A stretch of 64,000 nt of DNA from Octopus sinensis (lineage: Eukaryota). The translations under genes and the position numbers were made by a program. Shown here piece after piece: positions 50,363 through 63,725 of this stretch. A model generated the notes under the pieces. The model saw nothing but the letters and a program-made list of their open reading frames with translations, did not search any database and was not told the DNA's origin. Position 1 is the first letter of the stretch, and the number at the start of each line of letters is the position of its first letter. The stretch lies in NCBI RefSeq assembly GCF_006345805.1, contig NC_042997.1:138260001-138324000 (forward strand), written 5' to 3'.

Positions 50363-50396
50363 GTATTAAATCTGTACATCACCCCCAATACTTCTA

Positions 50397-50466
<70 letters not shown>

Positions 50467-51052
50467 GTCATATACTAATAAACGACCTATAATATTAATA
50501 TATTATTAACTGTTATTTTTATAGTATTCCAGTAAAATGTGACAAGGAGACGATGTCATATTTAATTTAAATAATGAATAATAATTGAAGTAGTTAAACA
50601 AAAAAAAAAAAATCCAAATTGCATTTAAACTGAAAATACCCGACTTGCATATGTAAAATTGTGTAACGTGAGTCCCTGCTGTAACCGTTCTATTTCTTAC
50701 GAACAAATTACATCATACCATTTTAAAATAGTAACATGTTGGATGATGTGGTCTTGGCTTCCCTGCACGTAGGAAAAAAAACGGAATGGTTCTAGTTGAG
50801 GTGCCTTTCATCATGAGTTTGCTCAATCACCGTTGCTGTTAAAACGCAACTGCAAAAATTTATATAATGGCATTACACTTACATGAACAAAATCTTTACT
50901 CAATACCTCACACACGCACACAAACTCTCACACACATAGTAAGACATTGATCGAAGCGTGTGTGCAGAAACCTTCCCCCACAGTTATTTACTTTTCGTCT
51001 CTGTGATTTCCCCCTCTCCTTTCCTACATTGGATAAATTTGTTAGATCTCCA

Positions 51053-51455
51053 GGCGATCTTTCGTCTCTAGTAGACCTTTCCGTCAATTTCCGTAAAATT
51101 TTTTTTTTTTTTTTTACATATGGGCTTGCGGGAACTTTTGAAGTAATATACATACATATACACATACACCGAGTAAAAAATTTCAGTTATCTCTTTCTTT
51201 CACACACACTAACAGAAGCACTTCACTTACACAACATACTGTCTGTCTCCCACACCCCATCAAACACACGCACACACATGTACATCAATGCTTCGCATGC
51301 ACGGTAACTTCAAAAGAACTTCCCTCGTCATACAATCGTTTTCTCTTAGTCTCTTTCGCTCTCATTACTTCAAAAGTTCCCGCAAGCCCATATGTAAAAA
51401 AAAATATTTTTTTACGGAAATCGACGGAAAGGTCTACTAGAGACGAAAGATCGCC
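51053..51455. mobile_element. MITE-like element with ~92-bp terminal inverted repeats
   Basis: ggcgatctttcgtctctagtagacc...gaacttttgaagtaat (51053-51147) is inverted at 51364-51455. No clear TSD. Confidence 0.75.
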
Positions 51456-52319
51456 GACCTCCATTTACCTGGTCGTATGCCTATCCCTGTCAGTAATTAA
51501 TGTATTATTTATTTAAAAATTAAAATTTATGCGGTCTATCTATCTATTTGTGTGTGTGTGTGTATATGTTTGCATTTATATGTGTGTGTGTGTGTGTTAA
51601 CAAGTGAACATGAGGTACATATTTTCATTAGCTTACAGCTGTTTTTGCTATAGGTAACCGAGTTCTAACTGGTTATTAGTATCGTCCATCTTTATAGGTG
51701 TACACATACGTATTCAGACGCATACATACATATTCAGTGTGTGCGCGTATATCTTTTTTTTTTTTTTCCCTTATTTCAGTCACCCGAAATTGGCCATGCC
51801 AGGGTACTGCCTTGAAGGGTTTTTAACCGAACAAATCGACCCCAGGACTTATATTAAAGCCTAATACCTATTCTATCGGTCTCTAATATATGTGTGTGTG
51901 CGTTCGAATTTTGCAAATGGTAGAACTAGAACTCAATGGTGGCGCACAGAGATCTGAGATATGAAATCAATGAGTGGCCCTCGAAATGCTAGAAATAACA
52001 ATCAGATTTCTCATGATTCATATTGTAACTTCTTAGAAAGAATACTTGGATAATTTAGTCATAATATACTTGCCCATAGGGAAAAGATGCAACTAGTAGT
52101 AAGCAAGAAGGGAGTAATCTATGAACCCCTAGGGGAATACCTATTCCTTTCATATCACATTTCCATCCTTGGTTCTGGATGGAATACTTTTAATCATAAG
52201 CCTGCTTAATCAGAGTTGACCTGGGACTAAGCAATATCGACTGAGATGTTTCTATCATTTCGATTTGAAGACCTAAACTAATATAAAGAAAGAACTTCTA
52301 CATCAGACATAAGCAATTT

Positions 52320-52420
52320 TTTTCGTGAAGCGGGCCGCATGGGACGTGGTTCCTCGTCTGACGGGTCGCGCTACTAAGAAAATTTGAAGGCCTTCAGAAA
52401 GTCCCGCAGGCCGCAAGAAA
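52320..52420. mobile_element. hAT-like MITE fragment
   Basis: GC-rich gcgggccgca...cccgcaggccgca motifs typical of hAT sub-terminal repeats. Termini not seen. Confidence 0.4.
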
Positions 52421-53319
52421 TAGTCGCCAAATTTTCTCACATCACAGTAAAGAATGAAGGAATAACTTGGACAAGACATACAAAATGAAATTAACAAAAA
52501 GATGGGGTTGTCACGGCTGAAATGTATTTGATTATCGGTATACTCGATCAGTTCTGAGCTATGGTTAAACAATAATGGTTATTGTAAAAGCAAAAAATCT
52601 AATTTAATAAGAATTCATAAAAATCTGTTAATAGTTATTTTTAGCAGATAAACTGCATTTTATGTGGTCACAAGACATTAATTTATTCAATGGGGTTTTC
52701 CACCCTTGCACACTTTTCTCTTTTAATTTTATTTATCTTTTGTGACATTCAAAGAAGACGAAAGAATTCACGCACGCACACACGCACACACACCTTGTTG
52801 CTTGTAAAATGTATTTGCATCAATGAAAGTAAGAGTAAATTTCGATTAGAGTAAAAAGAAAAATTCAGCTTCTCAAATAGACGTTATGTTTATAATTTCT
52901 TGTATTCTTATATTAAAAAGAAAAAAAAAGTTAAGACTGGTTAATTCACTTGTACGATAATGATAGTAGTGAAACTTTTGTTTTGATGTTAACATCATAT
53001 TATTATTATTCTCTACTGCTAAATAAATTACAGTATGAATTAACTGAAGGGTTTTTTTTTTATCCTTACGTTTATTTGCCAAATATCTATAATCAGTCTC
53101 TATTATATGAAAACAACTAGAACGAACCCCGAGGCATCCTTTCGGCATTGTTAGATAGCTTTTTATATAGCGATTGCGTCGGCGATTGCCTCCATTACAC
53201 ATGCTGCTAAATGATAGTGTGAAATAAAGGCATATTTTGATAGCTTCTTTTCTGCTTGTACTACTGATTTTTTTTTCCCCTCGAAAAGGAACAAAAACTA
53301 AGCACGCTCAAATTTAGTC

Positions 53320-53705
53320 TTTTCAGCGTATTTATATAGCGATATACGTTCGAAGTTCAAATCTCAGAAATCAGCCTCTCCTTTCATCCTTCCAGGGGTT
53401 AAGAAAATATAATACCTGTCAAGTATTAGGTTCGATTTAATCAACTAAACCCTGTTCTCCTAATTTGTAGCCTCATGATAAAAAAAGTTACTGTTGTTAT
53501 TATTATTATTAGGGTGACGAGCTAACAGAATGGTTAGCATGTCGGACAAAATACTTCGCATTTTCGCCGGCTTTCTACAGTCTGAGTTCAAATGTCACTG
53601 AGGTCACCTTTGCTTTTCATCTTTTCCGGCTTGCTAAACTAAGTACCAATTGAACGATGCTATCCTCCTGGAAAATTTCAGGCAGTGTGCCCAAATTTGA
53701 AACCG
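53320..53705 (+). mobile_element. Two decayed SINE family A copies
   Basis: ctttcatccttccagggg core and ggtgacgagctaacagaa head. Confidence 0.65.
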
Positions 53706-53954
53706 TTATTATTATGTAGAACGGATGCTTTCTACTGTGAGGCGCTCTATTTGCCGCCCACATCACTGAATAGAAGACTGGGCATGCTGTGACTGATGAT
53801 GTAAGGCATATGCTGAGTCTAAAATAAATATATCCAGCAGTTCTTTGACAGAGAACAGGTGTGGTCGCCGTTCGTCACTTGTATTTTTCCACAGCTCTTT
53901 GATAGAGCTGTAGTCTTGGGTTAAGAAATATTAATAAAAGTCAATAAGATATTT

Positions 53955-54315
53955 TTCGTTTACGTGTTTCAGTCATTTGACTGCGGCCATGCTGGTGCAC
54001 CGCCTTGAAGTGTTAGCTGAATGAATCTATCCTAGTATCTGTTTAAAGCCCAGTCCTTTTTCTGTTGTTCCTTTTTGCCGAACCGCTAAGTTAATAGGGA
54101 CGTAAACACACTAACTCTGGTTGTTAAGCAGTGGTGGAGTACAAAGACGCACACACAAACTGTGGGCTTCTTACAGTTTCCAGCTATCAAACCCACTCAG
54201 AAGGCTTTGGTTGACCCAAAGCTATAGTAGAGGACACCTGCCCAAGGTGCCATGCAGTACGACTGAACCTAGAACCATGTGGTTGGGAAGCAAGCTTCTT
54301 ACCACACAACCATGT
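53955..54315 (-). mobile_element. SINE family B (CpGs retained)
   Basis: gactgcggccatgctggtgcaccgccttg...gccgaaccgctaag...cttaccacaca. Confidence 0.85.
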
Positions 54316-54369
54316 CTAATAAAGTGTGCATTTTTTCTTCAATTTGTATTATTCTTTGAGACATTTGTT

Positions 54370-55600
54370 TCCATTCATTATTATTTGCTATTGAACTGTT
54401 TCAGTGGGATCTTTTTCTTGGCAAAAATGTTCGTAGCTTTATTTAAAAGCTGGAAAGCTTCAGCTAAATCTTTAGTTGTTTTATCACTCTAATTGTCTTT
54501 ATCTTCATGGTACTGCTTCATTTTTATGAGATCCTCAGTAGATATTCCATACAATTTAAGTAACTCCATACATTATCTTAATTTATTTCATTAAATCCAA
54601 CATGGGGTGCCAGTGCAACAATCTCCTGTTAAACATTTTGTGTTGGCTCTTCAAAATTCTTGAAGTTTGTAATGCAGTCAGGATAGATTTTGCTTCAGTT
54701 CTTTGTACTTGTTTTCACCTATAGACATACCTGTGTCAAATTCTCAGTAGCATTCATGATATGTAACCATGCCAAAATTACTTTTAGTATCACTATCTGT
54801 GAATTTAATCTGTTGGTTAAAAGTGCAGCACCATTAAAAAAAAAAAAAAGAAAGAAAAGAAAAAGTTTGCTTTGAATGTAACTAGTTTGCTAGTCCATAC
54901 TATAAATCAGATTGGTAGTGCTCAAAAGCAGAAAAGGTACTTGAACATGTCAGGTTATCCAAGTTAGGTTGCTGATCTGGAGGAGTATTCTCCACATGGT
55001 GCAAGGCTTTCTTTTCAAGGTTCTTAGTCTAGCTATATTCTTCAACAGCTGGGCAGAAACACAAAGTAAACGGAATTTTGGAATTCCATTCTGGTGGTCT
55101 ACTATTTCTTTTGATTGCCATAAGATTAGATTTAGTGTAGTCTTTAATCTTTCGTAGCTACTGTGTCTGAGAATGATAAGCAACCAGTAGCTTGAACCTT
55201 AGATCTAAAACATTGCTACCAAATAAGAAGAGTCATATGATTTTCGGCAGCCTTGAACTCTGGTGCAGTTTTTCTTTTCTTTAGAAATGTATGCTTGCTT
55301 TGGTTATTTGTTTCCAAAACAGACCAGTTTTCATCTATATTAAAATAATCTTTCTGTATTTTCTGTTGCGATGGTTTTATTCCTTGTTATTTTTGTAGTT
55401 GCTACAAAAGTTATTACACTTTCAGCACAAGCTTGAATTTTTGTTTTCATTACTGAGGATAGCTTCTACTGCTGTTGGTTGTGGACTGATTGCTTTTCCA
55501 ATAGCTACAGCTTGTTATTGTTGAATCTCTGCAACACTCAAATTTGGTTTCTAATGTTATACATTTTCTGTATTTTTTTTATTGTGCCCATGGACATCAG
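54370..55600 (-). mobile_element. Tigger/pogo DNA transposon relic
   Basis: Minus-strand pieces with frameshifts: RKCITLETK (HTH), IFNIDE/TGLFWK, YISKEKKTAPEFKAA, KLLVAYHSQ. These match pogo DDD-transposase motifs FNxDETGLFWK and GFKAAKDR. Confidence 0.8.
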
Positions 55601-55934
55601 TAGTGTGCATTTAGCTGTCAATGCAACAGGTATTAATGAAAGAATAAATATTTGCAAAGCAACATTTTGAGGTGCACTTCCGACTTCCACTCACCTCAAG
55701 ACTAAGCAATAGCAAAACCTGATTAGTTTTGAATCTGGCAGGCTTTGTAGTTGTTTGCTGCTTGACCTTTTTTGTTTTATACACTTGTTCCATTCTACTT
55801 TTGTTATTTACTTCTTTGTCCCACTTTGTTATAATTTTCCTTTTAATACTGTTTAAAAGGCCAACAGAAAGGTAACTTGTTAGTGGAAACCCAAATAGAA
55901 AACCTTATGCACCTAGTACATCAAAGAAAGTAAA

Positions 55935-56140
55935 AGAGCCTCTTCGGTCATGAATGACCATGGGATTGCACCTAGTTCCCCTCCAAAGCACAAGTCCAGG
56001 CAAGGTTGTTTATGGAAGACCAGCAGTCACCCATGCATATCAGCCTCCTCCTCTCCACACTACCAATGTTGCTCAAGAACGCAACACTCAACTGGTCCCG
56101 GAATCGAACTCATTACCTTATGATTGTGAGCTCAACATTT
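55935..56140 (-). mobile_element. SINE (same family as 36600-36885)
   Basis: Direct homology. B-box-like gagttcgattcc on the minus strand at ~56100. Confidence 0.7.
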
Positions 56141-57439
56141 TAAGAAAGTACTTATGAAAATTTTAAGTGAATTAAGATCAGGTAGACATTGCTTTAGAAA
56201 TATAGTAATTTGTATCTGTTAAATATGAATTTGTTTTTTACTTTATTTTTCCTTGTTCATTTTATATTTTAAGTACTCTGATAATTTAAAAGATTAATTT
56301 CGTCATGAAGTAAAGTAGACTTATAAAGATTGTATCTTAGGTAATGATTATGAAATAAAGAAGTATCTTTAATCTTCATTTCTCATTTTTTCTTATATTT
56401 TACTGAATTAAAAACAAGTAAAAAAAAGAAAATAACAAAACAAAAGTTCACTAGGATAGGTGTACACTTCATGAATTTTGACTTTATAGTATTTAGCTTT
56501 ATTTTATTTCTCATCAGTGTTATAAGGATATGAAGATTCTTTCTAACACTGTCTTCACATTTGCCTGCAATGCAAAGGGTAGATAACCTAGTAGATCAAG
56601 TGCTTGTAAGGACCCTTTAACTATACATTTGATCCTATTGTCCTATATTCCCATCAACCAAGAGAGGCACCATTACCATTGCATCACCATTGTCCTCACT
56701 TGGCATGAACTAAAGGTCTAATCCTATTTCTATGATCCTTGTGTGGATGGAAGAGAATTACATCTATAATGAGGAAATAGAAATAAATTTTCATTTCATT
56801 GTCTTCATTTCTCATTGTCCCTCTGGTGATACATCTTTAATATAACTGGGACTACCTCTCAATGCCTAGCCCATCTCTTCAGAGCCAAGTGATACTTTAG
56901 CTCCCAACAATTATCAACACTATACAAAGCTCAGGTGAGGCTCACAAAGGAGTATTGCTCTCACATCTGGGATGGTACTGTTGTACACACAGACAGCCTA
57001 GACAACATCTATTAAAGGACTTGTCTAATTGATAGGCATAAAGTCACTCCCAGACACATTCCAACCTCTAACCAACAGGCATGCTGTCTCCCTTGCTCCT
57101 CAGAGTTGGTTTGGTTTGTACCATTTCACTGAAGCACACCTGCTCCATTCACGTTTCCTCCTCTCATCAATGTAGTTTCAGATTAATTTAAGTTTGCTAT
57201 GTATCCTCCTCATGTTGTGATTACCAATTTTACCTACCTTATATAGATGGTTTTGCAAATCACAACAGTTTCTTTGATCATGAAAACATGGTTTGACAAT
57301 CTTTATTTATTTGAACAGAAAATAGTGACTTCTACAATTATTATTATGTCAGCTAATCAGAAACTCATCTGCCCTTATAAAAGAAAAGGGGTGGTAGTGT
57401 CGGTGGCAGCTTTGGTCAAAAACATCAATTTATTATCTG

Positions 57440-57706
57440 AACGTGGCTGATGCACCACCTTGACTGGCTTCTGTGCCGGTGGCACATAAAAAGCACCAGC
57501 CGATCGTGGCTGCTGCCAGCTTCCCCTGGCACCTGTGCAGGTGGCACGTAAAAAGCACCCACTACACTCACGGAGTGGTTAGTGTTAGGAAGGGCATCCA
57601 GCTGTAGAAACACTGCTAGATCAGACTGGAGCCTGGTGCAACCTCCTGGGCGAACCATCCAACCCGTGCTACCACAGAAAACAGACGTTAAATGATGATG
57701 ATGATG
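57440..57706 (+). mobile_element. SINE family C
   Basis: Homologous to 59450-59722, with (gat)n tail. Confidence 0.85.
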
Positions 57707-58984
57707 ACAAGTGTTTTCAAAATATATTTTTTGCTCAGATTTTCTTTCTGACTCATTGTTATTAGGTGTCAGAGTGACCTGCAGCTATCATTACTGCATG
57801 CAAAAGTCATCCAAAGGAGGATTTACACTTAGTGCTGTAAATGGAATATCTTCCATGGCGTATACTTAGAGCTGTTGTGATTTGGACTAAAGAATGTTGA
57901 GTGATTTTGATTCAAGTTTTCAGCCAGTCTACTGCCCTTCTCTTGATGCAACTAGGCTTTGTTATATTTCAGAATACTGAACAAATTTGTCGGTTAGAAA
58001 AGTGGTTATGTTATGAAATGTTAACATTTTCTCACAAAAAATTTATGAATTTACTGTAATTATTTTGTTATTCAACTTAAACACTACCTGGTTCCTGGGT
58101 AGTTAGTTAACTTTAGTATAACAACTTGTTTCTGTTCCCATGTACATAGGCTTATAACCTTATTTGACATTTACTCTGATTTTACAATGAAAAACAAAGC
58201 AAAAAGAAGTATCTTTTTTTCTTCTCTCTGTATCTTGTAGTAATGAAGCTATCTGAAAGTAATTTATTTGAATGTTTGTTGTAGCTCTTTGTTTTATTTT
58301 TTAATCATCACCAAAGAAAATTCCTATTAATAATCTAATTGACTTTGGTGGTAATCTTATTTTGTTCTATGCTAGTGAGAGTGTCAACACATTTAATTAA
58401 CAGTTATCTCTTGGTATTAAGTGCAGCAACATTTTATTTATTAGATCTGTATGATGTCTGAGACAGGGGTGGTTATTTTACCTGTACATAGAATTCTAAA
58501 TTATTTCTGATTTTAATTACTTATTTAATTGTGAAACACATAAATAACTGTCTGGTTTTGGTGCCAAATTCAGAAGTTCCAATCATGAAACATGCATTGC
58601 TTTTTGCTACAATATATAACTTATCTAGTAGTTGGTGTTATTGCTTTAGTCTTAGGCAGCTCTCAACCACCGTTCAATCCATGATCAACCATCCTTTTAC
58701 AGGCATTGCATACCTTGAACTACTTTATCTTATGTCTCTTTTTTGTTTTTAAATGATGGGGTATAATTTGAAGGAAATTTGGTGGCTATTTGGATCAAGC
58801 AGGTCAAGTGACCAGATAGAAACTCCCTCATTGGTTCATTGCATATGTAAGGAGTTGAACTGGCAGTTTAACCCGTTAGCATCCAGATTACTCTGTCACA
58901 GCTTATTTATTCATATTACTTTGAATTAACCATGCTTTGTCTTGTAGCTTTGAGATTTTCAGTGATGTGATTGTTTTATCTTTT

Positions 58985-60470
58985 ATTTTTTACTTGTTTC
59001 CGTCGTTGGACTGTGACCATGCTGGGGCACTGCTTTGAAGGTTTTAGTGGAACAAATTGATTTCAATGCTTATTTTAAAGCCTGGTACTTATTCTACTAG
59101 TCTTTTTTGCTAAACTGGTTATTTATGAGGATGTAAACAAGCCAACATGTGTTGTCAAGCAGTAACGGGGAACAAACACAAGTACACATTGATATAGATG
59201 TGTGTGTGTGTGTGTATTTATATATTTCCTGCACTAGCTTCACATAGAAGCCTCCGCCCATCCAAAGTGCCTTGGATTGCAGGACGGCCTGCTGTGCTTA
59301 CCTTGGATCATAGGGTGACCTGCTGTGCTTGAAGAGACCTATTGAATCAAGTACATCAACATAAAAAAAAAAAATCAAATGGAAATTGTAGTTGTGACAC
59401 CTGTACTGGTGGCACGTTAAAAGTACCATCTGTACATGGCTGAGGCCAGTGCCACCTTGACTGGCTTCTGTGCCGGTGGCACATAAAAAGCACCAACCGA
59501 TCTTGGCCGTTGCCAGCCTCCCCTGGCACCTGTGCCGGTGGCATGTAAAAAGCACCCACTACACTCATGGAGTGGTTGGCGTTAGGAAGGGCATCCAGCT
59601 GTAGAAACATTGCCGGATCAGACTGAAGCCTGGTGCAACCTCCTGGCTTCCCAGACCCCAGTTGAACTGTCCAACCCATGCTAGCATGGAAAACAGATGT
59701 TAAACGTTGAGGAGGATGATGATATATATCATCATCATCATCATTTAACGTCTGTTTTCCATGATAGCATGGGTTGGTTGGTTTGATTGGAGCTGGTAAG
59801 GTTGGGGGCTGTAAAAATTTGCTAGTGTTGTGTTTCAGTCTACAGCATTTTGTTGTTTATTTAGGCAATATGCTTCATTTTTACATGCCTCAGTTCACAT
59901 ATCTGTTGGAAATAAGTCGACTCATTTGAAAATGTTAACTGGGTTACACAAATGTCCTCATCATTGTTTGTTTTGATATCCACTTTACCATGATTGTATG
60001 AGTTTGATGGAAATTGTTGAGCCAGATGCCCTTCTTGTTGCCAGTCTTCACTGATTTCCAAGCAAGGTAATATTTCATCATGGCTGGACATATTTCCATG
60101 GAAGTTTGGAAACAAAGAACACTGCTTGTATGACACTGACTCCTATTTACAACAATCACCCAATGTCAAGATAAGGAGACACCAACTCACACACAGGATT
60201 GGTGTTAGGAAGGGTATCCAGCTGTAAAAACAAACAGTAGCTTGGGGTAGACTGCTACCTGGCCAGCTCTTGTCAACTGTCCTACCAATGCATGCATGGA
60301 AGATGGATGTTTAACAATGAGGATGATACATACATACATACTTACATATATTTATATATTCTTTTATTCTTGTTTCAGTCATTTGACTGCGGCCATGCTG
60401 GAGCATGGCCTTTAGTTGAACAAATCAACCCCGGGACTTATTCTTTGTAAGCCTAGTACTTATTCTGTTG
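58985..60470. mobile_element. Cluster of SINE family B (58985-59200 and 60365-60470, minus) and family C (59240-59722 plus, fragments to 60330)
   Basis: Diagnostic tail and core motifs of each family. Confidence 0.75.
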
Positions 60471-60675
60471 GTGCACTGCTGCAAAGGAAATACATAGTTA
60501 CCCAACCTGAGGGAAGTGCAGGAGATATATATATATGGAGGAAGTGCTGAAAGGTTCCTGGCTTTCAGGCTATCACGAAAGGTCTGGTTGGAGGTCCAGC
60601 CTTCCGAGTTCTTTTATAGGACTTAAGAAAACTACCCCAAAAATCTCAGCAATACCAGCCTTTAACAATCCTTAA

Positions 60676-60897
60676 CCCTTTTGATACTAGCTCGGCTGAA
60701 ACTGCCTCTGTTTCTGTAGTACAAATGTCTTGCTTTCATAAGTTTCGAATGAAAATCTTCCGCCAAATCTTAGTCACAATTTATGTTCTTAACACTTGCT
60801 TAATGATAACTAAGTTATTTTACTAAATTCTTTGTTATATTTTAAATTAATTGAAAGAAACACAGGGCACCCCAAAATAAATATGGTAACAAAAGGG
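60676..60897. mobile_element. piggyBac-type MITE with TTAA TSD
   Basis: ttaa|cccttttgatacta...tggtaacaaaaggg|ttaa, 12 of 14 TIR positions match. Confidence 0.85.
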
Positions 60898-61784
60898 TTA
60901 AAGGTCTAGAAAGCATTTACATTTTTTTTTTTGCTTTTATTTACATCTGGTATTTTATCTATTCAATGTAGAATATTTCAGTCAGCCTTTAATAGTTTAA
61001 AAGACATACTGAACTGATTAGAAGTAAGGAATAGTTGGGCTCAATGCCATGTTCTGTATGAATACCAAATAGTAATGTTTTTGCTACAATTTCAACCAAG
61101 AACTCTTAATTAACATTGCATTCACGCAGGAGAGAAAGAATGATTGTCTTGATCAATTCTTGTTTTTAATTAAGATAAAAATAAAATGTGGGCAATGTAG
61201 TGGGGAATGAGCCTGGTCTTGTTAGTACAGTGACAATTGTGTAACATGTTTCAGTCTTATTAGACCTTTTCAGTGAAGTGTTGTTTTTACCATTACTGCT
61301 AGACAAATGTGACTTTAGGGTTATATAGCTTTAATTTTGTGAATATTTACTGAATGTTGAAGGACAGGAAAAAATGCTGAGACATGTTCTGCATGAAAAC
61401 CAAACAGTAAAGTTAATGTTGACATACTTTGTTATGTGCTATGTTATCATTTTGCTAAATGTTCTTTCACTTCATCACAATTGTAATTTTAATTAAGATT
61501 TCTTAGCTCACTGTGTTACCATTTAATTAGGAGTAGATTTGTTTGTTTGAGGATTACATATGATATTTATTGAAGTATAGCTGAAGCTAATAACAACCTG
61601 AATCCAGTGTTTATTTCAATGTGGCTACTTTCGTCAAGGTAGAAAGAGATAAATAAAGAGTGCTTTGATACTTTGATACTGGAAGATGGAGTGGGTGCAT
61701 CTCATATCTGAATTAATCAGGAAACTGTAAAATCAATACAAAACTGTACCAGTATGGAAGGAAGTAAAGAAGAATTATCTATCA

Positions 61785-62140
61785 TTTTTTACCTGTTTCA
61801 GTCTTGGTTCCGTGGCCATGCTGAGGTATTCCTTTGATGGAATACCCCAGTACTTATTTCTAAGTTTGGTACTTATTTCTATTGGTTTCTTTTGCTAAAC
61901 TGTTAAGTTGCTGGAATGTAAACAAACCAACATGGGTTATCAAGCAGTGGTGGTGGGGGATAAACACACACACGCAAATGATGGGCTTCCACATAGTTTA
62001 TGTCTTCAAATTTATTCACAAAGCATCAGTCAGCCCAGGGCTATAATAGAAAGCACCTGCCCAAGGTGATGTGCGATGGGGCTGAACTCAAAACCATATG
62101 GTTGCAAAGCAAACTTCTTAGCCACAAAACCATGCTTTGC
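61785..62140 (-). mobile_element. SINE family B, decayed
   Basis: Full family layout, CpGs mostly mutated. Confidence 0.75.
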
Positions 62141-62296
62141 ACCTAATTCTAACAACCACTCTCTTTTTTTTTTCCATCATTTATTGTATAAAACACAAGT
62201 TTTATCAGAGAAGTTTCCAATTCACTGGATGCCGTGAAATTTTATTTTTATTGTATTACAAGAGAGCACCTATGTAAAAAAAAAAAAAAATATATA

Positions 62297-63093
62297 TCAG
62301 AGGCACAATCAGTGCGTGACCTGGGTATTTACATGAGTGATGACGCAACCTTTCGTGTACATGTTGCTAAATTGGCAATGAAATGTAGACGACTGGCCGG
62401 ATGGATTCTCAGAACCTTTAGAACAAGAGAACAAGAAACCATGATGGTCCTCTGGAGGACATTTGTCCTAAGCCACTTTGACTATTGCTCTCAGCTATGG
62501 TCACCATCCAGTGTCAAGTTGATCACAGAACTTGAGGCGATCCAACGTAGCTACACGAAGAAGATAGCCTCTATGCAGAATATAAGCTACTGGGAAAGAC
62601 TCAAGAGATTAAAACTCTATTCCTTGGAGCGTAGGCGAGAAAGATACGCCATTATATACATCTGGAAGATCCTGGAGGGACTTGTCCCAAACTTTGGCAT
62701 CGAGAGTTACACAAATGCCAGAACTGGGCACCACTGCGTGGTGCCTAGGACTCCAAATTTGCCATCAAGATGTAGGACAAGATACTGTGATAGCCTGGGC
62801 TTCTGAGGCCCACAGCTCTTCAATATCCTCCCGAAGAACTTAAGAGACCTGCATGGGGTGGATGCAGATGTCTTTAAAATGAAACTGGATCTCTTCCTGT
62901 CAGGTATCCCAGATGAACCAACTTCATGGCAGGAGGTGCAGATGAGGGCAGCTGCATCGAACTCTCTCATGCACCAAATGGCAGTTGCTAAAAAGCATTC
63001 GTGAAGTAAAACCATGTAGCAACACCAAATGGCGGTGCCCCAGCATGGCCACAGCTCATGAGCTGAAACTAGAATCAATCAATCAATCAATCA

Positions 63094-63097
<4 letters not shown>
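62297..63097 (+). mobile_element. 5'-truncated CR1-like LINE with (ATCA)n tail
   Basis: SVRDLGIYMSDD...SHFDYCSQLWSP...SYWERLKRLKLYSLERRRERY...PQLFNILPKNLRD...FKMKLDLFLSGIPDEP. 3' end ggcggtgccccagcatggccacagctcatgagctgaaactag. Confidence 0.92.
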
Positions 63098-63130
<33 letters not shown>

Positions 63131-63343
63131 CTGTGTGTGTGTGTGTATATAGAGTTCAATCTGATTTTTATTCTAATGGTCCCTTGGAAGATGACAATTT
63201 AAATTTAAATAATTATCAGCCTTTTCAGTATTTTTCTATATTAAATGAGTCTCCCCTGTGACCAGAATTACATACTAAGTTACTCATATAAAACATGTCA
63301 TATCTTATCTGTTTCCATACCATATATTTTAATCTTTCTACAG

Positions 63344-63393
63344 CTCTACTGCTTTTGTTCTGAAACCTCTTTGTTCATTAAGCTGCATTGAAG
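63344..63393 (+). other. Candidate 50-nt exon
   Basis: Acceptor ttttaatctttctacag, donor GAAG|gtaacc, one open frame (STAFVLKPLCSLSCIE). Confidence 0.3.
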
Positions 63394-63496
63394 GTAACCC
63401 AGTTAGAAGAGAATATTTCTCCTTACATATTATAAGGTTTTATTTAATTAAAAATTACTTTTATGTTAAAGCCATGACTAAAATATAAAGGCTTAA

Positions 63497-63725
63497 CCCT
63501 TTAATGTTCAGATTACTCTGTCAAGTGTAATGCTTATTTATTCACATTGTTTTGAATTAATCAAGCATTGTCTCGTAGCTTTGAGGTTTTGATGATGCGA
63601 TTGATTAGTTTTAGGAGAACATCATAGGGGTTGGTGAGAACATCATAGAGGACAAATCTGGCTAGTTTGAATATAAAACAGGTTGAATATTTGGGCCAGA
63701 TATAGCCAGTTTAAATACTAAAACG
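63497..63725. mobile_element. Decayed piggyBac-type MITE
   Basis: ttaa|ccctttaatgttcaga...tttaaatactaaaacg|ttaa. Partial relatives at ~58870-58975 and ~31085-31230. Confidence 0.65.

Noticed and set aside
51461-51473. atttacctgg resembling the U1 snRNA 5' end
   Set aside because: Only ~9 nt match, with no U1 body or Sm site.
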